NCBI GenBank assembly: GCA_050250895.1
Contig: JBFWNU010000002.1
Location: forward strand, 599,659 to 663,658
Direction: 5' to 3'
Origin: Vulcanimicrobiota bacterium
GTDB taxonomy: Bacteria; Vulcanimicrobiota; Xenobia; Xenobiales; JADMJV01
DNA length: 64,000 nucleotides
Positions 20,027 through 30,403 of this stretch are shown piece after piece (within the stretch, counting starts at the first letter, position 1; each line of letters starts with the position of its first letter). The notes under the pieces were generated by a model. That model worked only from the letters and a program-made list of their open reading frames with translations, ran no database searches and was not told the origin of the DNA. The translations under genes were made by a program, and so were the position numbers.

Positions 20027-21048
20027 TGGCTGACTCGGTTTTTCTCAAAGCATGTAGGGGAGAGCCGGTTCCACATACCCCGATCTGGCTGATGCGTCAG
20101 GCCGGGAGATACATGAAAGAATACCGCGAACTGCGTTCGCGGGTTTCTTTTTTGGAGCTATGCAGCCGCCCCGAATTAGCCGCCGAGGTCACGGTGCACG
20201 CCTGTCAGGTGCTGGGCACCGACGCGGCCATCCTCTTTGCGGACATCTTGCTGGTGGTCGAGAGCCTGGGTCTGGGGCTCGATTTCGTCAAGGGCGACGG
20301 GCCCCAGATCACTCCCGCCGTGCGCGATGCGGCTGCCATCGATAGCTTGCGCGAGGCCGACCCCGACGAGTTGTCCCACGTCTACGAGGCGGTTCGTCTG
20401 ATCCGCGCCGAACTGCCGGCCGAGACCGCGCTGATCGGTTTTGCGGGAGCCCCCTTCACGGTTGCTTCCTACATGATCGAAGGCGGACCCTCGCGCGACT
20501 TCGAGCACACCAAGCGCATCATGTATGGCGATGAGGGCGCCTGGCGAGCCCTGATGGAGAAGATTGCCAGGGCTACCTCGGCCTATATCAATCGTCAGAT
20601 CGAAGCCGGAGCCGACGCGGTGCAACTGTTCGACTCGTGGGTGGGATGCCTTGATCCCTACGACTATCGACGCTACGTGATGCCCTACAGCAAGCAGGTC
20701 CTCGACGCCTTGCCGGCCGGCGTTCCTCGCATTCACTTTGGCAAAGGCACGGGCCTGTTGCTCGACGAGATTCGCGAGGCGGGGGGTACGGTGGTCGGCA
20801 TCGATTACATGACCCCGCTTGACCGCGCCCGCCAACAACTGGGCGACACTCCGGTGCAAGGCAACCTCGACCCGGTGCTGCTCTTGACCGATCGCAAGAT
20901 CATCGAAGAAAAAGCTCGCAAGGTGCTCGAGCAGGCTGGTCCGGTGGGCCACATCTTCAATCTAGGGCACGGCATTTTGCCCCCGACCCCGGTCGACAAC
21001 GTCAAGTTTCTGGTCGACCTGGTGCACGAGGTCAGCGCGTGCGGCTAG
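20026..21048 (+). CDS. hemE: uroporphyrinogen decarboxylase
   Basis: PIWLMRQAGRY, GFAGAPFT, QGNLDP and NLGHGI motifs. Confidence 0.97.
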   Translation: MADSVFLKACRGEPVPHTPIWLMRQAGRYMKEYRELRSRVSFLELCSRPELAAEVTVHACQVLGTDAAILFADILLVVESLGLGLDFVKGDGPQITPAVRDAAAIDSLREADPDELSHVYEAVRLIRAELPAETALIGFAGAPFTVASYMIEGGPSRDFEHTKRIMYGDEGAWRALMEKIARATSAYINRQIEAGADAVQLFDSWVGCLDPYDYRRYVMPYSKQVLDALPAGVPRIHFGKGTGLLLDEIREAGGTVVGIDYMTPLDRARQQLGDTPVQGNLDPVLLLTDRKIIEEKARKVLEQAGPVGHIFNLGHGILPPTPVDNVKFLVDLVHEVSACG

Positions 21049-22388
21049 CCATCGTGGGCGGGGGAATCACCGGCCTGGCAGCCGCCTTCGAGGCTCACCA
21101 GGCCGGAGTCGACTTTCATCTGTTCGAGGCCGGCGACCGCTTTGGCGGAGCCATCCAGACCATCGAGCACGAGGGTGCCATCATGGAGGCCGGGCCCGAC
21201 TCGATCCTCAAGAGCAAGCCGTGGGCCTATGACTTAGTTCGCGAACTCGACATGGTGTCCGAGGTGGTGACCACCCAGGACCAGCCCAACGGTTCGTTCA
21301 TCGTGCGCGACCGCGAACTGCATCCCATCCCCCAGGGCTTTCGCTTGATGGCCCCCACGGCCTGGCTGCAGTTTCTACGCTCGCCCATCGTGAGTTGGCC
21401 CGGCAAATTTCGAGTTTTACTCGAGCCCTTCATCCCCGCTCGCCAGGCGGCCGGGGACGAGTCCCTGACGGGTTTTGTCACCCGTCGTCTCGGCCGCGAG
21501 GTGCTCGAACGCCTGGCCCAGCCGATGGTCAGCGGCATCTACTCCGCCGACCCCGACCGCCTCAGCCTCGAGGCCACCATGCCGATTTTCCTTCGGCTCG
21601 AACGCGAGCACGGCAGCATCATCCGCGGCCTGCGGGCCACCGGCGAAGGGGCCAAAGCTTCGGGTGCTCAATACAACCTCTTCTTTAACCTCAAGGGTGG
21701 CTCGCAACGTTTGGTAGAGGCCCTGGTCGACCACCTGCCCGCCGACCGCCTGCACCTCAACTCGCCGGTGTCCAAGCTTGCTCCCGGCTGGAGCTTCCAG
21801 GCCGGTGACGAATCGCATCAAGCCGAGGCCGTGCTGGTCGGCCTGCCCGGGCCCCAGGCGGCCCAATTACTCGCTTTCGATTCCGATCTCTCCGGCCTTT
21901 TCTCGCGAGTTCGCTATAGTTCGGCCGCCCTGGTCAACCTGGTCTATGACCTCGACGACCTGGCCGACCTGCCGCCAGGCTACGGCTTCGTCGTGCCCGC
22001 CATCGAGCACATGCACCTGCTCGCCTGCACCTTTTCTCACCTCAAGTGGCCGGGACGCAACCCGGGCCACCTGGGCCACATCCGAGCTTACTTCGGGGGG
22101 GCGCATAATCAAGCCGTGCTCGAGCGGCCCGACCACGACCTGGTGGCTCTGGCTCGTTCTGACCTGGCCCGACTGACCGCGCTCGAAGCCGAGCCCGTGG
22201 CCACTTTCGTCCATCACCACCGCAACGGTCTGCCCGAGTATTCGGTCGGCCATCGCGAGTGGCAGATCAAGGTCGAAGCTCGGGCCGCCACCCACCCCGG
22301 TCTCGGCCTGGCGGGCAACGCCTTCGACGGCGTCGGCATCCCCGACTGCGTCCGCCGCGGCCGCGAAACCGCCCGCCGCCTCTTCTAG
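21039..22388 (+). CDS. hemG: protoporphyrinogen/coproporphyrinogen oxidase (HemY-type)
   Basis: GGGITGL, EAGPDS, GIY and GVGIPDCV motifs; follows hemE. Confidence 0.92.
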   Translation: MRLAIVGGGITGLAAAFEAHQAGVDFHLFEAGDRFGGAIQTIEHEGAIMEAGPDSILKSKPWAYDLVRELDMVSEVVTTQDQPNGSFIVRDRELHPIPQGFRLMAPTAWLQFLRSPIVSWPGKFRVLLEPFIPARQAAGDESLTGFVTRRLGREVLERLAQPMVSGIYSADPDRLSLEATMPIFLRLEREHGSIIRGLRATGEGAKASGAQYNLFFNLKGGSQRLVEALVDHLPADRLHLNSPVSKLAPGWSFQAGDESHQAEAVLVGLPGPQAAQLLAFDSDLSGLFSRVRYSSAALVNLVYDLDDLADLPPGYGFVVPAIEHMHLLACTFSHLKWPGRNPGHLGHIRAYFGGAHNQAVLERPDHDLVALARSDLARLTALEAEPVATFVHHHRNGLPEYSVGHREWQIKVEARAATHPGLGLAGNAFDGVGIPDCVRRGRETARRLF

Positions 22389-22428
22389 CCTGAGCTTGGC
22401 GGGGCTCGGCGGGTGTTGGCTGGCGAGT

Positions 22429-22510
22429 TGTGCGCCGCACAGTAAGGATCTGTAAGTGTACGGCGCAAGTGTGCGCCGCACAGTGGGCAGGCTGGTGTGT
22501 GCGGCGCACA
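22429..22510. repeat. cluster of 13-bp palindromes TGTGCG[C/G]CGCACA
   Basis: copies at 22429-22441, 22470-22482 and 22498-22510, plus a degenerate copy near 22457, between convergent genes. Confidence 0.7.
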
Positions 22511-22580
22511 CCGGGCTGGCCCCGGCCAAGTCGGCAGCCCCGGCCCCGCTCGGCAAGCCCCGGCAAGGCAGGCCAGGGGG

Positions 22581-23132
22581 TTAGAAAGTGTGGCCGCCCA
22601 TGGTGAGGGTGGTGGGGACGGGTTTAGGTTTCTGGCCGGGATTGGGTTCTTGGGCCGGGGGTTCGGTGGGGCTGGGCTTGGCCAACTGGGCTTCCCAGTA
22701 TTTGATGCGCCGGTCGACATGGGTGATGCCGCGATAGGCGTGAGTGACGGCGTCGGCGGCGTAGGCGAAGCCCATCAGGGCCGAGCCGGTCTTGGCGTAT
22801 TGGGGCAGGGCCAGCATGGCCACGCCGCCGGCCAGACCGACCAGGTCGGTGCACACCCGAGCGACATCCATGATTTTGTCCATGCGAGTGCTGGTGGGAT
22901 CGTGCAGGGTCTGACCGCAACGATGCACGTCGAGAGCCAGCAAGCCAGCGCGCACTACCGGTACGATGCTCTGTTGGTAGCCGAGGCGGACCGAATCGTC
23001 AACGCCCTTCAGCAGGGTGTCGGTGAGGACGGTGGCCGATGTCCGCAAAGCCAGGGCAGGGTCGTTCTTAGCCGCCTCGCTGGCTTCGCGGGCAACGAAA
23101 AATAGTGAGTTACCCATGGTTTTGATGCTCAT
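22581..23132 (-). CDS. hypothetical membrane-associated protein
   Basis: ORF from MSIKTMG; Gly/Ala hydrophobic helices and a Pro-rich tail. Confidence 0.65.
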   Translation of the reverse strand: MSIKTMGNSLFFVAREASEAAKNDPALALRTSATVLTDTLLKGVDDSVRLGYQQSIVPVVRAGLLALDVHRCGQTLHDPTSTRMDKIMDVARVCTDLVGLAGGVAMLALPQYAKTGSALMGFAYAADAVTHAYRGITHVDRRIKYWEAQLAKPSPTEPPAQEPNPGQKPKPVPTTLTMGGHTF

Positions 23133-23211
23133 GTTGGACCTTCTTTGCTTCTCCGCAAGGTGAAGGTACGTGCCAGGACCGGCCAGCATGTGAAAGTTTG
23201 GTGAACAGATG

Positions 23212-24750
23212 TCAAACAGCGGGCAAGTCGACCTGGAAAACGGTCCATTCGGGACCGCTGTGGGCGGTCACGGTGCCGCCGTGCTCGGTGACGATGCGGT
23301 GCACGATGGACAGACCCAACCCGGTGCCCTGATCGCGGGTGGTGAAGAAGGGTTCGAATAGGCGATCCATGTGTTCAGGGGCGATGCCCCGTCCATTGTC
23401 GTGGATGCGTAGACGGACGATGCCTGACCGCGAAGTGCCTTCGATAGTGACCCGGGCCCCGGGGGTGCCCTCGCATGCCTCGCAAGCGTTGGAAAGAAGG
23501 TTGACCAGCACCTGCCGCAACTGGTCGGCGTTGCCGTGCACCAGCGGCAGGTCGGGGGCGAACTGATGAACCAGATCGACCTTGCGCTCGCGAAAGTCGA
23601 CCTTGAGCAGGGGAAGAGTCGACTCGAGCAACTGCTGGAGCGAGAGGTCTTCGTAGGGAGTCTTCTCTCCTCGGGCCGTGCGTAGAAGATCGCGCACCAG
23701 ACTCGCGCAGCGGTCAGCCTGGCTGATGACGGTGTCGGTCTGCTCGAGGCTAGCGCCCTGGCGGGTCAGGATCTGGCCGGCCGAGCGGATGGCCATGAGG
23801 GGGTTGAGTAGCTCGTGGGCCAGCCCGGCGACCAGGCGACCCAGGGCTCCCATCTTTTCGTTGCGGAGCATCGTGGAAAAATACAAGGCCCGGTCGATGG
23901 CCGCCGCCGACAGCGCGGCCACGATCTTGGCCAGGGCCAGGTCGGCTTCTGAGAAGACTCCGGCTTTCATGGCATTATCGAGATAGACCAGTCCGCGGGT
24001 GTTGCGGCTGCGCAGGGGAACACAGATGACCGAGCGGGTGCCCAGCAATTGGACGCTTTCGCTCGAGCGAAAGCGAGGGTCGATGACGGCGTCGACTGAC
24101 AGGATGCCCTCGCCTTCCACCATGACTGCCTCGACCACCCGGGTGCTGTACCAGACCTCGCCGCGATGGACCGCCTCGAGGTCGAGGCCGCGGGCGGCAG
24201 CCACTTCGGGAACGGCCGCCCCCCGGTCGAGCATCACGAAACCTCGTTCAGCTCCCAGGGCTTCAACCACCACGTCGATGACGTTCTGCAAGACATCTTC
24301 GATGTCGACCGACTCGTTGAGCATCTCGCTGACCAGCACCAGCACTCGCATCCGCTCGACCTGCTCCGGAGTGAGCGTGCGCAGGGTATTGGTCCCGGCC
24401 CGCAGGCTCTCGATCTGAGAAGCCTTGGTGCGAACTTTCGTGACGGCTTGCAGCAGGCGTTCTTCGGAGCCGGGGTCGAGTTCGGTGAAGCGAAAGCCCA
24501 GCTGATACATGTCGGGACTGGCCAATTCAGAGGTCCACATGACCCTGGCTCGCCCCCGCAGGGGTGGGCCGTCGCGATCCAGGCGCAGGGTCATGGCGCA
24601 GTCGGTGTCTTTGGGCAAGAAGAGTTCGCCAGTGGCTCGAAATCCCGAGCTGCTGATGTCGATTACGAACAGACGGGAGGCGGGAAAATCCCCCTCCACT
24701 TCGGCCGTCATTACCTGGTGCAGACGGGTGTGACGGCGCCGGTCCTCCAT
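23212..24750 (-). CDS. PilZ-GAF-histidine kinase
   Basis: RRRHTR (RxxxR) and DISSSG (DxSxxG) PilZ motifs, GAF domain, [14 protein letters not shown] and GTGLGL. Confidence 0.88.
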   Translation of the reverse strand: MEDRRRHTRLHQVMTAEVEGDFPASRLFVIDISSSGFRATGELFLPKDTDCAMTLRLDRDGPPLRGRARVMWTSELASPDMYQLGFRFTELDPGSEERLLQAVTKVRTKASQIESLRAGTNTLRTLTPEQVERMRVLVLVSEMLNESVDIEDVLQNVIDVVVEALGAERGFVMLDRGAAVPEVAAARGLDLEAVHRGEVWYSTRVVEAVMVEGEGILSVDAVIDPRFRSSESVQLLGTRSVICVPLRSRNTRGLVYLDNAMKAGVFSEADLALAKIVAALSAAAIDRALYFSTMLRNEKMGALGRLVAGLAHELLNPLMAIRSAGQILTRQGASLEQTDTVISQADRCASLVRDLLRTARGEKTPYEDLSLQQLLESTLPLLKVDFRERKVDLVHQFAPDLPLVHGNADQLRQVLVNLLSNACEACEGTPGARVTIEGTSRSGIVRLRIHDNGRGIAPEHMDRLFEPFFTTRDQGTGLGLSIVHRIVTEHGGTVTAHSGPEWTVFQVDLPAV

Positions 24751-24808
24751 GTTCTCTGACTTCGGCAACAAGAGGAGGAACTTCGCAAAAGAGGCAACGG
24801 CTTCCTTG

Positions 24809-25669
24809 TCAACTGGCAATCTGGGGTAAGCGAACCTGCAACGCCCCCGGCAGGCAGACGAACTCGGCTTGCTTTACCGGGCCGGTGACGACAGCGTCGA
24901 TGCGTATGGGTTGAGGTTGGCTCGGCCTTACGACCACGCGGTGGGCCTTGAATTCGATCACCTCGTGCTCACCGGCCAGGGCGGCCGGCAGCGTCTTCAC
25001 CAACTCGAGCCGGCTACATTCGGGCACCACACAGATGTCGAGATGTCCGTCGCTGGGGCGGGCCTGCGGGGCCAGCCGGAGGTTGGTGCCCAGCAGCGGC
25101 AGGTTGGCGATGGTGAGGTCGGCGGCTTCGAATTGGTAGACGAGCCCGTCCACTTCCAACTCGAAGCGGGTGGGGGAGTATTCGAACAAGGCGGTGGCCG
25201 CCGCCACTCCGCCCTGAACCCAACGCTTGAGACCGTGTTCCTCGGGGCCCTGGGCAGCCCGCTCGAAAACGTCGGTCACGAACCCCATTCCGGCACTCTC
25301 GATGAAGAGATGGCAGCCGTTGTACAGTCCCAGGTCGATGCGGTCAAGGCGTCCGTGAATGGCCACTTCGAGCGCCTCCAGCGGATCGACCGGCAGCCCC
25401 AGGCTCTGGGCCACATTGTTGAAAGTGCCCACGGGCACGATGCCCAGGCTGGTGCGCTCGAGGTCGATCCCGGCCAGCACCTCGCGCAGGGTGTCGTCGC
25501 CGCCGGCTACGATCAGATGATCAGGTTGGATTTGCCGGGCTAGCTCGGTGGCCTGGGAGGGGCCGGTGGTGGCCCGATACTCTCCGCCGTGAGCCTGGAT
25601 GGCGGCGCTTAGCCGGCTGCCGAATTCGGCGTCTTGGAATCCCGAGACGGGATTGTGGATCAAGAGCAT
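24809..25669 (-). CDS. diacylglycerol/lipid kinase family protein (YegS-like)
   Basis: NPVSG, GGDDT (variant of GGDGT), P.GTFN, D.G and SDG.LD motifs. Confidence 0.85.
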   Translation of the reverse strand: MLLIHNPVSGFQDAEFGSRLSAAIQAHGGEYRATTGPSQATELARQIQPDHLIVAGGDDTLREVLAGIDLERTSLGIVPVGTFNNVAQSLGLPVDPLEALEVAIHGRLDRIDLGLYNGCHLFIESAGMGFVTDVFERAAQGPEEHGLKRWVQGGVAAATALFEYSPTRFELEVDGLVYQFEAADLTIANLPLLGTNLRLAPQARPSDGHLDICVVPECSRLELVKTLPAALAGEHEVIEFKAHRVVVRPSQPQPIRIDAVVTGPVKQAEFVCLPGALQVRLPQIAS

Positions 25670-26184
25670 GGTGTCTCCAGCCAGCGCAACAGTTTGATTT
25701 CCAGCCAGCGGACCGGGATCATCCAGAACTGCTCGCGGGTGGAAATGCGGGTCACCAGCACCGTGGTGATGCCCAAACGATTGCCTGCCCAGACATCGGT
25801 GAACAGTTGGTCGCCCACGATGGCCGTGTTATGGGGCTGGCCTCCCAACTTTTGCATGGCCTTGCGCAGGGCTCGGCGACTGGGCTTGCCGGCCCGCGAG
25901 AAGCATTCGATGCCGAGCCGGTCGGCGTGGCGTTGCAAGCGGCGACGCGAGGCGTTCGAGACCAGGCAAAGCGAAAAGCCGGCCGACCGCATGCGGGCGC
26001 ACCAGTCGAGCAGAGGCTGAGCCAACTCTTCAGCCCGCCACTCGGCTAGAGTATTGTCGAAGTCGAGCAACAGAAAGCTCAGGCGCCGCTCGGCCAGTAG
26101 CTCGGCCGAGAGCGCCTGAACCGAAGCCAGTCGCAGGTCTGGCAAGAAGACGGCCAGATGATGGCGCAGCCAGGCTTTTAACAT
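25660..26184 (-). CDS. YqeG-family HAD IIIA phosphatase
   Basis: DFDNTL, VSN, AGKP and VGDQLFTDV..GNRLG motifs. Confidence 0.9.
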   Translation of the reverse strand: MLKAWLRHHLAVFLPDLRLASVQALSAELLAERRLSFLLLDFDNTLAEWRAEELAQPLLDWCARMRSAGFSLCLVSNASRRRLQRHADRLGIECFSRAGKPSRRALRKAMQKLGGQPHNTAIVGDQLFTDVWAGNRLGITTVLVTRISTREQFWMIPVRWLEIKLLRWLETPCS

Positions 26185-26753
26185 CAGGCATTCAGGCCGT
26201 CTTCGGCCAGATAGTGGTCTAAATGATGGGCCCGGTCTTCACAGCCGTCGAGCACGTGCTCGAGCAGGCGGGCGGTGCCGAAGTCGTGGCCTTCGCGAGC
26301 GGCCGCGATGGTCGTGCGCAGCGTCTGGCACAGGACCTGTTCAGCCGCCAGGTCGTTTTTGAGCATGGTCCGTACCGGGAAATAGCCTTCGGGCTCGTGC
26401 TCGATGTAAGAATGCTTGGCCAGGGCCGTCGGGCTCGAGGTGGGGATGCCGCCGAGGAAGGTCATCCGCTCGGCCAGAGCATCGAGGTCCTTCTGGACGG
26501 CCGTGTAAGAAGCCTCGAGGTAGAGGTGCAGGTCGCGAAATTGGGGGCCTTCGACCAGCCAGTGATGTTTCTGATACTGGTGATAGAGCACGTACATGGA
26601 GCACTGGTGACGATCGAGTTCGTCGGCCAGCTGTTCCGCCAGCTTCTGATCGAGAGCGATGACGTTCTGTTCTTTGCTGTTTGGCTTCCTTTCGGGTTTC
26701 TTCTTTTCGATCTTGGGATCGATTTCTTTGAGAACTTTATCAAGCATTTGCAT
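26184..26753 (-). CDS. dps: Dps/ferritin-like DNA starvation protein (DpsA-type)
   Basis: KHHWLVEG..FRDLH and D.LAER motifs; start placed after an AAGGAG RBS. Confidence 0.88.
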   Translation of the reverse strand: MQMLDKVLKEIDPKIEKKKPERKPNSKEQNVIALDQKLAEQLADELDRHQCSMYVLYHQYQKHHWLVEGPQFRDLHLYLEASYTAVQKDLDALAERMTFLGGIPTSSPTALAKHSYIEHEPEGYFPVRTMLKNDLAAEQVLCQTLRTTIAAAREGHDFGTARLLEHVLDGCEDRAHHLDHYLAEDGLNA

Positions 26754-26928
26754 GGGGATAGTCTCCTTTCTTTGTTTCAGTCTAGACATCCAGGCCCAGG
26801 GCGGCAGCCCGCGGTGGGTTCGCTCCCCCCTATCCCAGGGTATGGGCCTGACCTCTATCCGCTGGCGGGGGCGGGGCGCGTCCTAATAGGTGTGGCCGGA
26901 TAAGCCAAGGCTGAGCAATCCTGTAGCT

Positions 26929-28614
26929 ATGAACGCAGGAAACGTTGTCCCCGGCCATTTCAAGCTTTATCGTGAGTTGCTCGAAGTGCTGGTTCGCCAC
27001 GGCGGCAAAGCCATGCTCGAGCGCACCCCCGTGCCCGATTGGGTGAACGACCGCGAGGTCGAGGCGGGGCCGGCCCGCCTGGCCGAAGACCTCGAGAAAC
27101 TGGGTCCCACCTTCGTCAAGCTGGGTCAGTTGCTGTCCACTCGATCCGACTTTCTTTCCCACGACTATCTGCGGGCCCTCGAGCGCCTGCAAGACAACGT
27201 CGAACCTCTGTCCTATGTGGAGGTGGCCACGGTGATCGAGAGCGAACTGGGTGAGCCCCCCGACCAGGTCTTCGAGCATTTCGAGCGGTTGCCGCTAGCC
27301 TCGGCTTCGCTGGGCCAGGTGCACCGGGCCCGCTTGCCCGGGGGCCACCAGGTAGTGGTCAAGATTCAACGGCCCCACATTCGCGAGCGCGTCAAGCAAG
27401 AGTTGCAGGTGCTCAGCGAGGTCAGCAGTACCCTCGATAACCACTCGCGCACGGCCCGACGCTATCAGTTGCGCCAGATGGTCGAAGAGTTGTCCACCTC
27501 GCTCACGCGCGAACTCGACTACTATCTCGAGGCCCGCAATCTCGAACACTTTCGCCTTCAGCTGAAGTCATACGAAGAGCTGATGGTCCCTCGCCCCCAT
27601 CCCGATTTCTCCACCGACCGGGTTTTGACCATGGACTATGTCGAGGGCGAGAAGCTTCCCGAAGACGCGACCTTGATCTCTTTGTCGGCAGAGCACCGCG
27701 AGAGGCTGGCGGATAGGCTCTTTCAGGCCTACCTCAACCAGGTGCTCTACCACGGCACCTACCATGCCGATCCCCACCCTGGCAACGTCTTGATCACCCC
27801 CGACGGGCGGCTCTGCCTCCTAGACCTCGGCATGGTCGGACACATGCCGGGAGGGTTGCAAGTCGTGTTGGCCAGGCTGCTGTTGGCCATCGGGGAACGC
27901 GATGGCGATACGGTGGCCGAAACGGCCCTCGACGCCAGCGGACGCGGCGAGCGCTGCGACGAAACCCGCTTTCGCCGCCGCATTGCCGAAATGGTGGCTG
28001 ACCATCATCAGCAGCCAATCGAGCGGATGCAATCTGGCCAGTTGATCCTCAACATCTGCGAGGCCGCCAGCGACAATGGGATTCAGGTTCCTTACGAGTT
28101 GACGATGCTGGCCAAGACCCTGCTCAATCTTGACGAGATCGGCCGCCGACTGGCGCCGCAATTTAATCCTTCTGACGCCCTGAGGCGGCACGCTCCCCCA
28201 ATCCTGCTCCGTCGCCTCGACTCCGAGTTCAACCAGACCCTGGTGCTCGACCAGGCGCTTGAACTGCGTAGCTTTCTCAAGGACGGGCCTCGATTGTTCA
28301 ATAACATCCTCCACGACCTCGAGCGGGGCACCTTCACGGTCCGGGTGGACGCCATCGATGAGCGCGAGTTGTTGGTGAGCTTTCAGAAGATCGCCAATCG
28401 GGTGGCCGTGGGCCTGGTCATGGGGGCCCTGATCCTGGGAGCGGCTCTGATGATGGGAGTCAAGACGGCCGGCCCCACCATCTTTGGCTATCCCTCTTTT
28501 GCCGTAGTCTGCTTTCTGGGCGCAGCCGCCAGTGGAGGCTGGCTGGTTTGGAACGTCATTCGGCAGGACCGCACCTCGGGCAAAGAGATGCATAAACCGC
28601 TGAGAAGCCGATAA
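26929..28614 (+). CDS. ABC1/UbiB-family atypical kinase
   Basis: LGPTFVKLGQ, ASASLGQVHRA, VKIQRP, HADPHPGN and LD.GM motifs; two C-terminal TMs. Confidence 0.92.
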   Translation: MNAGNVVPGHFKLYRELLEVLVRHGGKAMLERTPVPDWVNDREVEAGPARLAEDLEKLGPTFVKLGQLLSTRSDFLSHDYLRALERLQDNVEPLSYVEVATVIESELGEPPDQVFEHFERLPLASASLGQVHRARLPGGHQVVVKIQRPHIRERVKQELQVLSEVSSTLDNHSRTARRYQLRQMVEELSTSLTRELDYYLEARNLEHFRLQLKSYEELMVPRPHPDFSTDRVLTMDYVEGEKLPEDATLISLSAEHRERLADRLFQAYLNQVLYHGTYHADPHPGNVLITPDGRLCLLDLGMVGHMPGGLQVVLARLLLAIGERDGDTVAETALDASGRGERCDETRFRRRIAEMVADHHQQPIERMQSGQLILNICEAASDNGIQVPYELTMLAKTLLNLDEIGRRLAPQFNPSDALRRHAPPILLRRLDSEFNQTLVLDQALELRSFLKDGPRLFNNILHDLERGTFTVRVDAIDERELLVSFQKIANRVAVGLVMGALILGAALMMGVKTAGPTIFGYPSFAVVCFLGAAASGGWLVWNVIRQDRTSGKEMHKPLRSR

Positions 28615-28695
28615 GTTTCCTGGTCCGATCGTACTATACTCGCGCTTGACCTGACCTGCTATGTTGTTAGATGATCCTGACATCGGAGAGGTCGT

Positions 28696-29958
28696 TTGAA
28701 GCATCTAACAACTTTCTTGGCATTCTGGCTGGTCATCATCGCGGCTCTACCGGGCCTGGCCAAGCCACCACGGGCGGGGGAGAAGGTCCAAAGGGTTTTG
28801 AGCCTGTTGCGGGATCGCTCCATCCAGGCTCCCGCCTACGACGGCCTGGCGCGGGCCGCACGCGACGGCGCCGTGCGCGAATGGAAGTTGCGCGGCGGGC
28901 AGAGTGCGGACCTGACCCTCGAGCAATTGCTCGAGCAGCATCCAGAACTCGAAGAAGCCGCTTTGCGGGCGGCCGTCGAGCAGTTGCACGATCATTACAG
29001 CACCTATCTGTCGGCCGACGACTTCGCCCAGTTGCTCGAGAGTCTCGAGGCCGACAGTAGTGGGGGCGTGGGCCTTTACGTGGTCGAGGATGCCAGCGCG
29101 ACCGACGGCTTGCTGGTGTTGGATGTGGCCGAAGGGTCACCGGCCCAGAAGGCTGGCATTCTGGTCGGGGATGTCGTGCTGGCCGTCAATGGCAAAGGCT
29201 CGCCCGAACTCGGGGTCAACGCCGTCCGCTCCATGTTGGGTGGTCAGCCGGGCACGGCGGTTGCGCTGCGGATGCGCCGCCAGGAGGGGCGCCGGGAAGT
29301 GTCGCTTCAGCGCCAGCGGCTGGCGGAGTCCACCGTCAGCTATCGCCTGCTGCAAGGGGCCTCCGGCCAGAATATTGGCTACATCCGCATTCGTGTGTTC
29401 GGAAACTCCACTCCGACCGAGGTCGCCCGAGCCCTCAAGTCCCTGCGAGCCCAGAATCTGGCCGGGATGGTGCTGGACCTTCGCAATAACGGAGGCGGAT
29501 ATCTCGAGGCGGCTGTCGAGACTTGCTCTTTGCTGATGCCAGCGGGTCGGCGGGTGGTCTCGGTGGTAACCCGTGACGGCTCGGCCGTCGGCCATGACAC
29601 CCACAGCCCGCCGGGTTGGCTCTTCCAACCGCCGCCGCTAGTGGTGCTGGTCAACGAACACACGGCCAGCGCCGCCGAGATCACCACGGCGGCTTTGCGG
29701 GAGCACCGCTATTGCCAGGTGGTTGGTCACCGCAGCTTCGGCAAAGCCACGGTCCAGAATATCATCCAACTCGATGATGGCTCGGCTCTCAAGCTGACCA
29801 CGGCCCGCTACCGAACGGCGGCTGGGGCCGACATCGACGGTCGGGGCCTGGATCCCGACTTGACCGTGTCGGGCAGCCTTACCCAGCTTTGGTCCTCGAA
29901 GGACCCGCAGCTTGACCAGGCGCTTCGTTTGTTGGCGCCGAGCAGTGCTGTCCGGTAG
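28696..29958 (+). CDS. S41-family C-terminal processing peptidase with a PDZ domain
   Basis: signal peptide; GSPA..AG PDZ; LDLRNNGGG, TASAAE and FGK motifs. Confidence 0.92.
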   Translation: MKHLTTFLAFWLVIIAALPGLAKPPRAGEKVQRVLSLLRDRSIQAPAYDGLARAARDGAVREWKLRGGQSADLTLEQLLEQHPELEEAALRAAVEQLHDHYSTYLSADDFAQLLESLEADSSGGVGLYVVEDASATDGLLVLDVAEGSPAQKAGILVGDVVLAVNGKGSPELGVNAVRSMLGGQPGTAVALRMRRQEGRREVSLQRQRLAESTVSYRLLQGASGQNIGYIRIRVFGNSTPTEVARALKSLRAQNLAGMVLDLRNNGGGYLEAAVETCSLLMPAGRRVVSVVTRDGSAVGHDTHSPPGWLFQPPPLVVLVNEHTASAAEITTAALREHRYCQVVGHRSFGKATVQNIIQLDDGSALKLTTARYRTAAGADIDGRGLDPDLTVSGSLTQLWSSKDPQLDQALRLLAPSSAVR

Positions 29959-30033
29959 GATGCCCCCCCGTTTATCCTCCAGACCGTTTCGGACCATGGC
30001 TCCTCTGTGGTCTGATAGTGATCGGAGGATGAC

Positions 30034-30369
30034 ATGCAACTACTGGCTTTCGACCGCGAAACGGCTTTGAAGCGCTTTGGCTCGCGCCACGTGCTCAAAG
30101 AGGCGATTCGCGCCTTCCTCGAAGAATCGCCCAAGCTGACGGACCGCCTCGAAGCCCACGCGCTGGCGGGAGATCTCGAGCAGATGGCGGCGATGGGTCA
30201 CTGCCTAAAAGGCTCGTTGGCGATGCTCGAGGCGCGGGAGTCCGTCGACGCCGCCGACGAAATGCGGCGCTGGGCGCGCCAGGGCAACCGAGTTCAAGCC
30301 ATGGCCGCCTGGAGTCGTCTGGTGGGCGCCATCGGGCGTCTGCGACAGGAGTTGCGCCAGGCAGGTTAG
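30034..30369 (+). CDS. Hpt-domain phosphotransfer protein
   Basis: H.LKGS motif; GGAGG RBS. Confidence 0.8.
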   Translation: MQLLAFDRETALKRFGSRHVLKEAIRAFLEESPKLTDRLEAHALAGDLEQMAAMGHCLKGSLAMLEARESVDAADEMRRWARQGNRVQAMAAWSRLVGAIGRLRQELRQAG

Positions 30370-30403
30370 TTTCGTCCCGACCGGCTACGGGAACGAAATA
30401 GCG

